Of a stretch of DNA of 61,194 bases, positions 44,083 to 54,785 are shown piece by piece. The notes beneath the pieces were generated by a model. It was not told where the DNA came from, did no database searches, and saw only the letters and a program-made list of their open reading frames with translations. Positions within the stretch are counted from its first letter, which is position 1, and the number at the start of each line of letters is the position of its first letter. This DNA comes from a virus (taxonomy: Duplodnaviria; Caudoviricetes), in IMG/VR virus record IMGVR_UViG_3300047388_000109, positions 1 through 61,194 of that record. One strand, given 5' to 3'. Both the position numbers and the translations under genes were made by a program.

Positions 44083-44903
44083 TGTCAATCCTCTCTATTA
44101 CCGACTACGTGTCTGCCGCGAAGCAGACGATCCACATGAACAAGGCTCTTCCGGCCATTGCCGGAGGTGCGTGGGGTAGCGGTTGGATAGACGTCAGCGG
44201 CGGCTCTGACCCGGCCACGGCCGGGATTGTCGTGCTTACATCAACGGCATCCGGCACCGTGCCGACCAACTCTACTGCTGGCGCTCCATCCATTGTCAAC
44301 TTCAGCGGAGTCGGCTACATATCGAGAGTTGAGTACAACTTTCTGTCTCAGGGGGCCGGCACTTGCATGCTTGTTGATCGCCTGTTCGAGTGCGGTACGT
44401 TCGCGTTCGCAAGCGGACTGACAACACTGGCATCTCAACCTTCGTACAGCGGTCGCATCCCGGGCGGCGATTACACCGGAACAATGCTTGCTGTCGAGCA
44501 GAGCGGCGCTGGTAGCGGGCCGACAAGCGTCACGATCACATACACCAACCAATCCGGGGTTACAGGGCAGAGCACAGGCGTGTACACGCTGAAAAGCAAT
44601 GGCGGTCAGAACTCTGGATGCTGCGTTCAGTTTGTTCCGTTGGCGGCCGGCGATAGCGGCATTCAAAAGGTGGAGAGCGTAACGGTGACTGGCGGCTCGT
44701 CCGGCAACGTAAATGTGTTGGTTCTCAGACCGCTTGCGCGCTTCGGCACCAACAACTACTTCTCCATCAACGAGGGCAAGTCATACGTCAAGCCGCTCGA
44801 ACTGTGCGGGATGCGAATCATATACCCGACAAGTTGCCTGCAAGTTCTCGGCTGGGCATCGTCATCTACGATTGACTTGATAATTGAAGTCGTGAGCGCG
44901 TAA
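44082..44903 (+). CDS. tail-associated protein, paralog 3 of 3
   Basis: LVDRL, PSYSGRIPGG, PLAAGDSG. Confidence 0.8.
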   Translation: MSILSITDYVSAAKQTIHMNKALPAIAGGAWGSGWIDVSGGSDPATAGIVVLTSTASGTVPTNSTAGAPSIVNFSGVGYISRVEYNFLSQGAGTCMLVDRLFECGTFAFASGLTTLASQPSYSGRIPGGDYTGTMLAVEQSGAGSGPTSVTITYTNQSGVTGQSTGVYTLKSNGGQNSGCCVQFVPLAAGDSGIQKVESVTVTGGSSGNVNVLVLRPLARFGTNNYFSINEGKSYVKPLELCGMRIIYPTSCLQVLGWASSSTIDLIIEVVSA

Positions 44904-44905
44904 AC

Positions 44906-46573
44906 ATGGCTATCTTGTGGCGCAATAATCCGCGCAATGCGCCACGTGGTCTCGTCTATTCGATCACGCACCGGGCGTATGTCACAGCCGGCCCGGACAT
45001 TCAGACCTACCTATACTGGGGTGAGTACGGCCCGATAGCGACCGGCCAAGGATCGCAGTCGATTGACGCTGTCGGCACGATCATCTCTGTCACGGCCGGC
45101 GTAGCTCAGGGCTCGCAAACGATTGACGCCGTCGGTATCGTCAAGGCTGACGGACCAACAACAACAGGACAGGGCTCTGCCACCACCGACGCCGTCATGG
45201 CGCAGGTGCTGGACGCCACTGGCGTTGTTGCGCAGGGATCGCAGTCGATTCAGGCGTACGGCGACGCGCATACGCCGATCCCGTACTACGGCGGCCCAAC
45301 GCTGCTGTGGAGAGTCAACCCGCGTAACGCGGCGATCAGTCTGATCCACTCGTTCCTGACGAACGGGGACAGCAGTTCGACGTTCGACACAGTAGCGCTC
45401 GAACTGTTCTTCGGGACGCTGTGCGACATCGCTACCGGCCAAGGGTCGCAGTCGATTGCCGCAACAGGCAACGTCGTTGCTGACGCCACGCAGGGCGCTG
45501 GACAGGGCGGTCAGACCATCGACGCCGCCGGCGACGTGCTGTTGGTGTCCACCGCCTCGACCGGTCAGGGATCGCAATCCATCGCAGCTGCCGGCCTCGT
45601 CGAGGCCGACGCAACAGCAACGACAGCGCAGGGATCGCAGTCTGTAAACGCATCGTCAGTGTCGACTCTCGATGCCACGGTCACTACCGGCCAAGGCTCT
45701 CAGTCGATCAATGCCATCACTCCGGCCCATGCAACCACAGGGCAGGGAAAGCAGTCCATCGCGGCGGCGGGAACGGTCACACCGCGCTACATCAGACCGA
45801 CTGGCTACGACGCCCAGAAGTTTGGTACCGCGAACGTCCACAACTACACCCAGTACATCGACGATACGTCGTTCGATTCTCTGGAGTTCGGTACAGCCAC
45901 GGTTGTAGGTCCGCGCATCATCCGTGGTCAGGGTGCAGATCAGGCGCTGTTTGGTGACGCGAACGTCAGCAACAAGACTCAGTACATCACACCGACCGGG
46001 TTCAGCTCGCAGCGCTTCGGTCTGCCGAGCGTCTTCGATCCGCTGCAACGCGTGTACCCTGAAGGCTTCGACTCGCTTGAGTTCCCTCCGGTAGCTCGCG
46101 TCGACTTCCCTCCGTTCGAGTATTTCCAACCGAGCGAGTTCGACTCACTTGAGTTCGGGACGGCTCAGGTATACAACGGATATGACCGCGTACTGTACGT
46201 TCTTGGCTTCGACTCTGCGCAGTTCGGGACGGCAACGCTTGAGCCGCACGACATCTATCCTGCCGGGTTCAACTCCGCCCAGTTCGGAACGGCATGGGTC
46301 TCGAACAAGACTCGCTACATCACGCCGACAGGGTTCGATTCTCTGAGAACGAACACTCCGCGCGTTGAATTCAAGAACAGATCGCTGCACGCCGTCGGCT
46401 GGGACTCTGCCATTGTGTGGTACCAGTTCGGACCGCTCGGAACTGACGGCAGCCGTGGCCGCGTTGAGCACGGGCCTCAATACATCTACCCCGTTGGCTT
46501 CGACAACTCAGAACTTGATGGCTGCCTCAACCTGCATCCGTTTATTGGTGAGCCAACGGTAAGGCTGGTTTGA
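44906..46573 (+). CDS. repetitive tail fibre-like protein
   Basis: 10 (G/A)QGSQSI.A repeats, then about 11 P.GFDS..FG repeats. Confidence 0.75.
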   Translation: MAILWRNNPRNAPRGLVYSITHRAYVTAGPDIQTYLYWGEYGPIATGQGSQSIDAVGTIISVTAGVAQGSQTIDAVGIVKADGPTTTGQGSATTDAVMAQVLDATGVVAQGSQSIQAYGDAHTPIPYYGGPTLLWRVNPRNAAISLIHSFLTNGDSSSTFDTVALELFFGTLCDIATGQGSQSIAATGNVVADATQGAGQGGQTIDAAGDVLLVSTASTGQGSQSIAAAGLVEADATATTAQGSQSVNASSVSTLDATVTTGQGSQSINAITPAHATTGQGKQSIAAAGTVTPRYIRPTGYDAQKFGTANVHNYTQYIDDTSFDSLEFGTATVVGPRIIRGQGADQALFGDANVSNKTQYITPTGFSSQRFGLPSVFDPLQRVYPEGFDSLEFPPVARVDFPPFEYFQPSEFDSLEFGTAQVYNGYDRVLYVLGFDSAQFGTATLEPHDIYPAGFNSAQFGTAWVSNKTRYITPTGFDSLRTNTPRVEFKNRSLHAVGWDSAIVWYQFGPLGTDGSRGRVEHGPQYIYPVGFDNSELDGCLNLHPFIGEPTVRLV

Positions 46574-48579
46574 TTATGGACTTCTTTCCTACTGACGTAC
46601 AGGTCCGTATATCGGGCGACCATAACGCCGGCCTTCTGTTGATGGGCGAGGCTCGCAACATGCTATTCAAGGCGCAGCTCATGTTCGCGCAGAATGGCAA
46701 GCCTGTGCAAGTGAGCGGCAACTACCCCAACGGGTCGGTGTCAGTTCTCCTGCACGGCACACTGAAGATCGTAAGCATTATCCCGACGCCTCCGGTGCCA
46801 GAGACTGAGGAGTTCAACCCAAGCATCTACGTGCTGTGCGGAGAGATTATGGGTGGCAAGGTCCACGTCGACCCCGACACCGGGAAGAGATACTTGCGGC
46901 AGTACAGACCAACACTGCCGACAGCAATATCGCACAGCATACCGAACCGATTCCACGACAACGAGCGCCTGTGCCCGCCAACCGGAGTCGATACGTCTGA
47001 CACCGACTACGTGTTCAACAAGGCGACGCTGTTCTCTGGGTCGATGAAGCGAGTTGTGCAAGCGGTTCAGGGTCTCGGCAAGATCAACGACAAGTCCGGC
47101 TCCTACATCACCGCCGTCTCTGCTCAGAGATATGTGACGATGCAGTACGTCCCATCAGAGCACGGTATCGTGAAAGCCGGAGACAGGAACCACTGGCTCA
47201 TTTCTATCACAACCACAAACGGCATCCTCGCTATGCCGCTGCCGCTGGTGCCATCGACGCGTGGCGGCAAGTACAGACGCCACCTTCAGACCATAGGAGA
47301 CTTGGGCGGCCTTGAGATAGTGAACGAGTTCGGCGGTCTGCCGTCAGGAGAGACGTTCCCCACCGGGGCAACACTCGCGACAAACATCACTAACGGCAAG
47401 ATATTGCAGCTGATGACTGGTGCCGACTTCCTTGCGACCTACGACTTCGCTTACTGGTCTTCAAGCTGGGCCTTCTCGGAGACAACCGGTCGCGCTCGCA
47501 CAACGTCGATTGGCCGTAAATTTTTCTCTGCTGGCGATACGATACAGAGCCTTGTGTCGACTCACTGGGAGATGCAGATTTCTCTGTCTCAATATGACCT
47601 CGGAGCGATTGCTAGACACGAGCCAGTTGGTGTTGGCACTGCGACTATAGAGAAGATAGGAGAGGGTCGCATTGGTCGTCACGCCTGCCGCAACCTGTGG
47701 TTCGGTCCCGGGGAAAGTCTCGGTCTGGTGCTTCTTAACTTCGATAGCGAGTTCGGGGCGCATACGCTAATGGATGCCTCTGATCCATTCCTTCTCTCGG
47801 TAGGTGACGAGCAGCTTGGTTTCGGTGCTGTCGTGTATTCGTTCTTCGATGGAGACACACCAAAGACATTGTACTGGGTTCCTCCCGTGCTGATTGCTAA
47901 CGGCGGACATCTCGTAAGCATAACAACAACACCACTCGACTCGGAGCCGCCGGCTGATTTTGTCGAAGTATTTTTCACGTACGCATACATGCAATCTCCA
48001 GCCGCGTACGTTGGAAGCGACCTCGACTTGCGCGAGACAGTCCAAGTCTTCTACCCGTATGCCAAAGCGACTGGTACGTTCCCGACTGGAACCTTCGACG
48101 GCGACCAATACAACTGGGGCGTAGACTCAACGCCAGTGCCGGCCGACCGACAGGTGTCGGTCTGGGCGATGATCCCGGGGATGACGAGAGAGTCGTATGC
48201 GATTGTTGAGTCTACCGCCACGGCTGACGCTGCTCTAGATACAAGCGGTGGTGGCTATAACACGGCGTTCATCAATCCGCAGGCCGCAGGAACAACCTAT
48301 GCGAATCTCTGCGGCATAGGTAATGTTCATCTCGCCACCGACAGCAGGGTTGGCACTCCAATATACACAGCGAACGTATATTGTGCGGCCGTGTACAACG
48401 GTGCCGAGCGCGACAGTGGTGACAATCCCTCTGAAACAGCTTACGTAATAACAGAGGGCTTCCAGTACAACATGCCACCCCCAACGGTGGGCTCGTACAG
48501 ACGCAGCGGTCTTCTCGCAGGGGCAGAGACGGCCACGCCGCAGTACACGAACTTCATCGGATCAATGAGGGACTCATGA
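46570..48579 (+). CDS. hypothetical tail protein
   Basis: 669-aa ORF in the tail module; lower-GC C-terminal half. Confidence 0.75.
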   Translation: MIMDFFPTDVQVRISGDHNAGLLLMGEARNMLFKAQLMFAQNGKPVQVSGNYPNGSVSVLLHGTLKIVSIIPTPPVPETEEFNPSIYVLCGEIMGGKVHVDPDTGKRYLRQYRPTLPTAISHSIPNRFHDNERLCPPTGVDTSDTDYVFNKATLFSGSMKRVVQAVQGLGKINDKSGSYITAVSAQRYVTMQYVPSEHGIVKAGDRNHWLISITTTNGILAMPLPLVPSTRGGKYRRHLQTIGDLGGLEIVNEFGGLPSGETFPTGATLATNITNGKILQLMTGADFLATYDFAYWSSSWAFSETTGRARTTSIGRKFFSAGDTIQSLVSTHWEMQISLSQYDLGAIARHEPVGVGTATIEKIGEGRIGRHACRNLWFGPGESLGLVLLNFDSEFGAHTLMDASDPFLLSVGDEQLGFGAVVYSFFDGDTPKTLYWVPPVLIANGGHLVSITTTPLDSEPPADFVEVFFTYAYMQSPAAYVGSDLDLRETVQVFYPYAKATGTFPTGTFDGDQYNWGVDSTPVPADRQVSVWAMIPGMTRESYAIVESTATADAALDTSGGGYNTAFINPQAAGTTYANLCGIGNVHLATDSRVGTPIYTANVYCAAVYNGAERDSGDNPSETAYVITEGFQYNMPPPTVGSYRRSGLLAGAETATPQYTNFIGSMRDS

Positions 48580-49763
48580 GCGAAATGAAACTCAGCTGGG
48601 GCATGGGCATCGACCACATATCATCAGAAACCAACCTGCCTGATGGTGCGGTGATCGACGCGTTGAACGTCGACATCGACCGCGACGGCAACGTGGATCG
48701 TCGTGCGGGCCACACGCTCCTATCCACCGGAGCCGCGCACTCGCTGTGGTCCTCGGTCGATGGTGGTCGCTCGTTCGTCGTGATCAACGGCGTGTTGAAG
48801 GCGGTGACATACGCCAATGGCGCAGCCACGCTGACGACAATCCGCTCTCTGGAATACAACGCCCGGTTGTCATACGACACGCTGAACGACTCGACCGTCG
48901 CCTGCAATCACGCTGAGCTGTTCACCGTCGACCCGGATAACAACCACCGACTACTGGGGCTTGAAACCCCGGGCACGACGGTCGCTGCGGTAACCGGAGT
49001 CGGCGGGCTGGACGCAGGACGCTACGCGGTAGCAACGTCGTACATCAAGGGCGGCGAGGAAGGCCCGCTGTCGCCAGCTGCATTCGTGGACGTCGTGCAG
49101 GACGGCGGCATCACCGTCAACCTGACGCAGCCAAACGAGAGCCTGCCCACCAGCATCCGCCTCTACCGCACAGGTGCCAATGGAGACGTCCTGATGCGTG
49201 CCGCCGACGTGCCGCTCGCGCTCGCGACGTGGACGCTGGGGGCGCAGACACTTGGCAGAGCGGCCGACACCCAGTTCAAGGGTCGGATGTTTGGTGGCGA
49301 CATCGTCCGCTACTGGCGTGGGCGACTGCTTGTTGCGAAGGGAACGAGAGTCTACATGTCAGACCCGATGCGCTATGGAATGTACGACCCACGAGATGGC
49401 TTCCTGCAATTCCCACGGCGCGTCCTGATGATGCGGCCGGTGGAGGGGGGCATCTTTTTCGGCACAACAGATGGCGTGAAGTTCTACTCCGGCTCGGGGC
49501 CGACGGACATGACCATCAAGGACACCGGCGGCACAGCCCCGGTCGAAGGAACAGACACGCTGGTGTCGGCCGACGAGTTCGGTGACATCGGCATCAAAGG
49601 CAAGTTCGTCGCCCTCTGGCTTGCGGCGAACGGCTTCATCGTGGGGCAGCCAGACGGCAGCCTCATCTCGAAACAGTCAGACCGCATTCGTCTACCCAAC
49701 GGGGCGACGGGCACGGGAGCAGTGGTAGTCAATAGCCGCCAAGCTGTAGCGGTGGTTGCGTAA
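48576..49763 (+). CDS. tail tubular/nozzle-like protein
   Basis: ALNVDIDRDGNVDRRAG, WRGRLLVA.G..VYMS propeller-like motifs. Confidence 0.7.
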   Translation: MSEMKLSWGMGIDHISSETNLPDGAVIDALNVDIDRDGNVDRRAGHTLLSTGAAHSLWSSVDGGRSFVVINGVLKAVTYANGAATLTTIRSLEYNARLSYDTLNDSTVACNHAELFTVDPDNNHRLLGLETPGTTVAAVTGVGGLDAGRYAVATSYIKGGEEGPLSPAAFVDVVQDGGITVNLTQPNESLPTSIRLYRTGANGDVLMRAADVPLALATWTLGAQTLGRAADTQFKGRMFGGDIVRYWRGRLLVAKGTRVYMSDPMRYGMYDPRDGFLQFPRRVLMMRPVEGGIFFGTTDGVKFYSGSGPTDMTIKDTGGTAPVEGTDTLVSADEFGDIGIKGKFVALWLAANGFIVGQPDGSLISKQSDRIRLPNGATGTGAVVVNSRQAVAVVA

Positions 49764-49810
49764 ATTACAGCTCGTCAACCGGCGCTCCCGCGCCATCACC
49801 GGAGATTCAG

Positions 49811-50407
49811 ATGAACAACAAGTTTGATCGTTTCGTGTCGGAGTTCCGCTCCGACATCCGCAAGGAAAAGTACGACGTACTCAGCGAAGGTGGTATCGCG
49901 CTGAAGCACGGCAGCCTTCGTATCCAAGGTTTCTACGAGCACGGAGTCAACGGCAAGGACTGGATTCGGGAAGAGAACCTGATCCCCGACGCCGGCATTT
50001 TGCACGTGCTCAACGTAATCTGGGGTACGGCAACCAAGATCAGCGCGTGGTACGCGGCTCCGTTCTCGGGGACAGCGGCCGTTGCGTCGAGCTGGACTGC
50101 TGCCAACTTCACGGCGAACTCGACTGAAATCACGTCGGGCACCGAAGGGTACTCGGAAGGCACGCGCCAGCTGTTCGTGGCGAGCACGGCCACCGCCGGC
50201 ACCATCGACAACTACGCGTCGAAGTGCGCCTTCACCATCGTCACAGCGTCGTCCGTCAACATCAATGGCGCTGGACTTCTGTCCGTGTCGACGAAGGGCG
50301 GAACAACCGGCACGCTGTCGTCTGCTATCAAGTTCGGGGCAACCCGGACGGTGCAGAACGCCGACGTTTGGTCGCTCGGCTACCAGCTGCAACTGACCGA
50401 CAGCTAA
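49811..50407 (+). CDS. virion structural protein
   Basis: ENLIPDAG, GGTTGTLSSA..F motif; GGAG RBS. Confidence 0.75.
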   Translation: MNNKFDRFVSEFRSDIRKEKYDVLSEGGIALKHGSLRIQGFYEHGVNGKDWIREENLIPDAGILHVLNVIWGTATKISAWYAAPFSGTAAVASSWTAANFTANSTEITSGTEGYSEGTRQLFVASTATAGTIDNYASKCAFTIVTASSVNINGAGLLSVSTKGGTTGTLSSAIKFGATRTVQNADVWSLGYQLQLTDS

Positions 50408-50421
50408 TCCTGACGGGCTCA

Positions 50422-50449
50422 TCCTGCGGGGTATATATATTCCGCAGGA
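50422..50449. other. intergenic palindromic hairpin
   Basis: TCCTGCGGGG-TATATATA-TTCCGCAGGA. Confidence 0.45.
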
Positions 50450-50467
50450 CTTCAACCGGAGACGCTG

Positions 50468-51601
50468 ATGGCCGCATGGTGTGACCTCGCTGTAGAGACC
50501 GCCGTTCTCAATGACGCCTGCTCGATTGTGGGCGGTGAGAGCAACTTGGTGGAGACGGCCGTCCTCAACGACACCTACTCGTCAGCCAACCCGGGCATCA
50601 AGGTAGTAGAGTCTGCTGTCCTGAACGACACTACCACGCAGCACGGCGCGCTCGTGAACTACGCTATTGAGGCAGCTTTCCTCAATGACGACTTCTCGGT
50701 CAACTCATACAACAACGTCGTTGAGGTTGCTGTGCTCAACGACGCGAACTCGCTAGGCGTGTCGCAGGTGGTGAAAGAGTCAGCCATCCTGAACGACGCG
50801 AACACGTTCTACGCCGTCAAGTCCAACCTCGTGGTTGAGACTGCCGTGCTCAACGACTTCATCGGCGTCCATTGGGAGTCGAAGGCTGTCGAGGTTGCCG
50901 TTCTCAACGACGCCGTGTCGCAGCTCAATGCTCCAACCAGCTTGGCCGTGGAGACCGCCGTCCTCAACGATCACGCGGCGTCGACAATGTTCGACTACCT
51001 TGCAGAGACGGCCGTGCTGAACGACGCAACAACGCAGCACTTCGTTGGGTACGATAACGCCGTCGACCTCGGCTACCTCAGCGACGCAGTCTCTGGCGGT
51101 GGTGCTGGTATCGCGTGGCGAACCAACCTCGACACGCTCCCCATGAGTCGGTATAGCAATCAACCTTGGCAGTCGATGGCTTCGGTCAACGGCGTGGTGC
51201 TCATGGCGGACGTGGACGGGCTGTATGTCCGCTCTGGAAATACCGATGCTGGAGTCGCAATCGGCGCAACCATCGAGCACGACCTGCTCGACAAGATCGT
51301 TGGCAAGGACGGCAAGCCAGTAGAGAGCCGCAAGGTCAAGCGTCCGCGCTTCGCCTACCTCGACTACACCAGCTCCGGCCCGCTCATGTTCTCTCTCGGC
51401 CACGTCACTGGCTCTTCGGAGCAGACGCAAGGCTACACATTCCCAGCAGCCCGCGCCACCCAGTTCTCGAATAACCGGGTGGCTCTCGGCCGTGGCATTC
51501 GCTCCCGCTATCTGCGTCCAACAATCGCGAACGTGGCAGGCGACGACTTCACTCTCGGCGACGGAACGATGATCGTCGATGAACTTGATCGGAGCATCTG
51601 A
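50468..51601 (+). CDS. tail protein with E.AVLND repeats
   Basis: 10 clear repeats plus a C-terminal GRGIRSRYL domain. Confidence 0.75.
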   Translation: MAAWCDLAVETAVLNDACSIVGGESNLVETAVLNDTYSSANPGIKVVESAVLNDTTTQHGALVNYAIEAAFLNDDFSVNSYNNVVEVAVLNDANSLGVSQVVKESAILNDANTFYAVKSNLVVETAVLNDFIGVHWESKAVEVAVLNDAVSQLNAPTSLAVETAVLNDHAASTMFDYLAETAVLNDATTQHFVGYDNAVDLGYLSDAVSGGGAGIAWRTNLDTLPMSRYSNQPWQSMASVNGVVLMADVDGLYVRSGNTDAGVAIGATIEHDLLDKIVGKDGKPVESRKVKRPRFAYLDYTSSGPLMFSLGHVTGSSEQTQGYTFPAARATQFSNNRVALGRGIRSRYLRPTIANVAGDDFTLGDGTMIVDELDRSI

Positions 51602-53484
51602 TGGCTGATTGGTCCTTCTTCGACATCCCGGCGTCTGCCGTTACGACGAACCTGAGCATCATGAACGGTCGGGCGGACGACATGATCGGCCTCGCCACGT
51701 CCGTCATCAACAACCTGTCGAACATCACCGTTGACCCTGAGCCGGCCACTCCTATCGCCGACTTGCCGGACATCGTCATCAAGCCGGTGATTGCGCCAAC
51801 GAAGCCGTCGAACAACGACATGTTCGGAACGGTTCCGAACTTCGTAACGCCTTCGTTCGACGACCTGTGGGCGACGCTTGGCTTCAGCCTGTCTGACGTG
51901 GACATCACAGTGCCGCCGTTCGAATCGACCGTTGGCGCGCTAACGTTCCCTACCGCGCCGCCGCCAATCGACACCTCTGGTCAGCCTACAAAGCCTACGC
52001 TCGACACGGTGACGATCCCGACGCTGATCGACCCGACGATGCCCGTGCTGTCTGACCTGACAGACCTCGTCATCCCAGACTTCATCTTCCCGACGCTACC
52101 GACGTTCGACGATACAGCGCCGACGTTCGACGCCGTCGCCCCATCGACCTACCTCGACTACACGGAACCGACGTACTCGTCAGAGGTTCTGGCCGACATC
52201 AAGTCACGCCTGCGCACGCAGCTCGCAGGTGGCACTGGCATCCCAGCTGCCGTACAGCAGGCCCTGTTCGACAAGGCTCGTTCGCGCGAGATGTTCACCG
52301 CGTTGGAAGCTGAGCAAGCTGCTTTCGATACGTTCGCCGCGCGCAACTTCTCGATGCCTCCGGGCATGTTGGTTGCGCAGGTCAACGCCGCTCGCGAGAA
52401 GAGTCGCCTCGCGCAGAACGACCTTGAGCGCGCAGTCCTGATCAAGGCCACCGACGCCGAGATTGAAAACCTGAAGCAGGCCGTTGTTCAGGGTATGGCG
52501 TACGAGACGCTTCTCCACAACTACATCAACAACGTCGCGCAGCGCAGCTTTGAGGCGGCCAAGGCTCACCTCGACGCCGGCATCGCGCTCTACAATGCTC
52601 AGGCCGCCATCTTCACAGCTCGGTCTAGCGCCTACGGCGTCTTCGCTCAGGTGTTCAAGATCAAGACCGACGCTGAGCTGGCGAAGCTGGAGGTATTCAA
52701 GGCCGAGATTCAGGGCGAGATTGCCAAGGGTCAGGTCAACGAGCAGAAGGTTCGTCAGTACGAGGCTCAGGTCAAGGCCATCGCCACCATCATCGAGGTC
52801 TTCAAGGCTAAGATGCAGGGCGCTCAGGTCCAGTCCGAGGTTGTGAAGTCTCAGATCGAGGGCTACAAGGCTGACGTTGAAGCATACGACGTTATCCTCA
52901 AGGCGCGCAAGACGGCGTTCGACGCGTTCGAGTCAGAGGCCAAGGGCGTACAAGCGCAAGCCAGCGCTCTCGAAGCCGAGGCACGCGCCTACGCTGCGAC
53001 GGTTGGTGCGCAGGAAGCGCGCTCGAACGTCAAGATCAAGTACATCGAGGCGCGCATCCAAGGGATCGACGCCAGCCTGAAGAAGTTCGTTGCCCAGATC
53101 GAAGCGGAGCGAGACCAAGTTCAGGCCGTGCTCGACTCGATCCGCGCGCGCACAGCAGCGTTCACCGCAGACGTCGGCCGCTACACCGCCGAAATAGACG
53201 GGGCGACGAAGGCTGAGCTGGCATCGTTGCAGGTGCAAGAGTCACGCCTCCGCAACAACCTCGCGTACTTCGAGACGCTGATGCACGAGTACGATGCGCG
53301 TCTTGGCCGCGTGTTGCAACAGACGACCCTCAAGGTCGAAGGTCTCAAGTCAGCCGGACAGATTACATCTACGCTCGGTGCGGGTGCGATGGCGGCGATC
53401 CACGTTCAGGCCGGAATCTCTGGCAGCGGCAACGCCAGCGACACCAACAACTACAGCGTCATCCACCAATTTCAGGACTCATAA
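51601..53484 (+). CDS. long coiled-coil virion protein
   Basis: Pro-rich N-terminus, FAARNFSMPPG, long Ala/Glu/Lys heptads. Confidence 0.75.
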   Translation: MADWSFFDIPASAVTTNLSIMNGRADDMIGLATSVINNLSNITVDPEPATPIADLPDIVIKPVIAPTKPSNNDMFGTVPNFVTPSFDDLWATLGFSLSDVDITVPPFESTVGALTFPTAPPPIDTSGQPTKPTLDTVTIPTLIDPTMPVLSDLTDLVIPDFIFPTLPTFDDTAPTFDAVAPSTYLDYTEPTYSSEVLADIKSRLRTQLAGGTGIPAAVQQALFDKARSREMFTALEAEQAAFDTFAARNFSMPPGMLVAQVNAAREKSRLAQNDLERAVLIKATDAEIENLKQAVVQGMAYETLLHNYINNVAQRSFEAAKAHLDAGIALYNAQAAIFTARSSAYGVFAQVFKIKTDAELAKLEVFKAEIQGEIAKGQVNEQKVRQYEAQVKAIATIIEVFKAKMQGAQVQSEVVKSQIEGYKADVEAYDVILKARKTAFDAFESEAKGVQAQASALEAEARAYAATVGAQEARSNVKIKYIEARIQGIDASLKKFVAQIEAERDQVQAVLDSIRARTAAFTADVGRYTAEIDGATKAELASLQVQESRLRNNLAYFETLMHEYDARLGRVLQQTTLKVEGLKSAGQITSTLGAGAMAAIHVQAGISGSGNASDTNNYSVIHQFQDS

Positions 53485-54785
53485 TGGCCTACGACGAAGA
53501 CGCGTCCTACCTTGGCAGCAGCCAAGGCACACCAAAGAACTACGGCCCAAGCAACATCGACATGAAGGGCTACACGCGCCTGTCGGGTGCCGAGTCTGAC
53601 CCTGCCTACCCTGCGTACAAGGCTTCGATTGCGCCGCCACCTGAGGCTGCTGCCCCAGCGCCAGCTCCTGTCGCCTCGTATCGCGCTGCTATGGACCCAG
53701 ACAATCCGGGTGGCGGTCAGCCGGTGGACCAGCCACAGAGCCGTGGTGTGCCGTCGTGGTGGGACAAGCCTGTGACAGACACGATGCGTGACATCTCAAG
53801 TCACCAGTGGTTCGGTGGTCCGACACAGAATGCCGTGAGCCAACTCGGCGTCAACATCAGCGGGCCGCGCACCGGCGAGGACCGTTCTGCCGGCGCTGGC
53901 TACAACGACACCCAGTCAGTGACCGTGCCAGCTGGCGGTAGAGTGAAGCCGGCGATGACGTTCCCAACGGACCCCGACGCCAACCTGCCAACCGCTCCTG
54001 TGCAACCGTACGGGCAGGTGGTGCAGGCGGCCAACCAAGCGATGGCGAACAACTACAGCGACCGTCTTGCGGCTGAAGACGCGCGCCGGCCGAACTCGCA
54101 AGAGCTGGAGTCCGCCAAGAATGACGCGCGTATCGCACGTTTCCGCGCCACTGACGGTGCCGACATGATCCTCGGCAGCAACCGCTTGTATGGTGCGCAG
54201 CGAGCTGCCATCGTACAGAACGCGGTCGACGCTACAGCCAACGCAACACGCCTCGACAACTTGGCGCGCGGCGCATCTCAGGTGACGCCACCGAATCTCG
54301 TGCAAGGCGCGGTCGCTCAGACCGAGGCCGATCAGAAGGCTCGAAGCGGTTCGTTCGACCAACAGAAGGGGAGCGTCGCGGTTGCTGGCGGGAAGCAGGC
54401 GCTGCAAAAGGGCGCACAGGAACTTACTGCCAGCGGGCTCCAGCTGCACACCGCGCAACACCTCGCCGATCTTCAGAAGCGTGCGCTCTCTGGGGACACG
54501 AAGGCCAACGACATGCTCGCGCTGTACCAGAAGGCGCAGTCTGGCAAGGGCGGACCGATCACCGAGGAAGACAAACTCAAGCTGTACGACGACATGGTCA
54601 GTCGCGCCGTTGCGATGGGCGGACCGGAAGCGTACAAGTCGCTGCCTGACTTCCAGACGCTGTCGGCGCACATGGACGGACGCGCCACGCCGCCGCCGGC
54701 CGATTGGATGGCGCGAGCCAAGGCCGCGAACCCGGGAATGTCCGATGAAGAATTGACCGCGAATTACGCCAAGAAAGCACGCTGA
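53484..54785 (+). CDS. putative internal virion/ejection protein
   Basis: TAATG and TGATG coupling; Ala/Gln-rich; precedes the giant ORF. Confidence 0.7.
   Translation: MAYDEDASYLGSSQGTPKNYGPSNIDMKGYTRLSGAESDPAYPAYKASIAPPPEAAAPAPAPVASYRAAMDPDNPGGGQPVDQPQSRGVPSWWDKPVTDTMRDISSHQWFGGPTQNAVSQLGVNISGPRTGEDRSAGAGYNDTQSVTVPAGGRVKPAMTFPTDPDANLPTAPVQPYGQVVQAANQAMANNYSDRLAAEDARRPNSQELESAKNDARIARFRATDGADMILGSNRLYGAQRAAIVQNAVDATANATRLDNLARGASQVTPPNLVQGAVAQTEADQKARSGSFDQQKGSVAVAGGKQALQKGAQELTASGLQLHTAQHLADLQKRALSGDTKANDMLALYQKAQSGKGGPITEEDKLKLYDDMVSRAVAMGGPEAYKSLPDFQTLSAHMDGRATPPPADWMARAKAANPGMSDEELTANYAKKAR

Noticed and set aside
42473-48579. Diversity-generating retroelement or invertible tail cassette
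   Set aside because: I found no reverse transcriptase, invertase, adenine-specific TR/VR pair or inverted gene copies.
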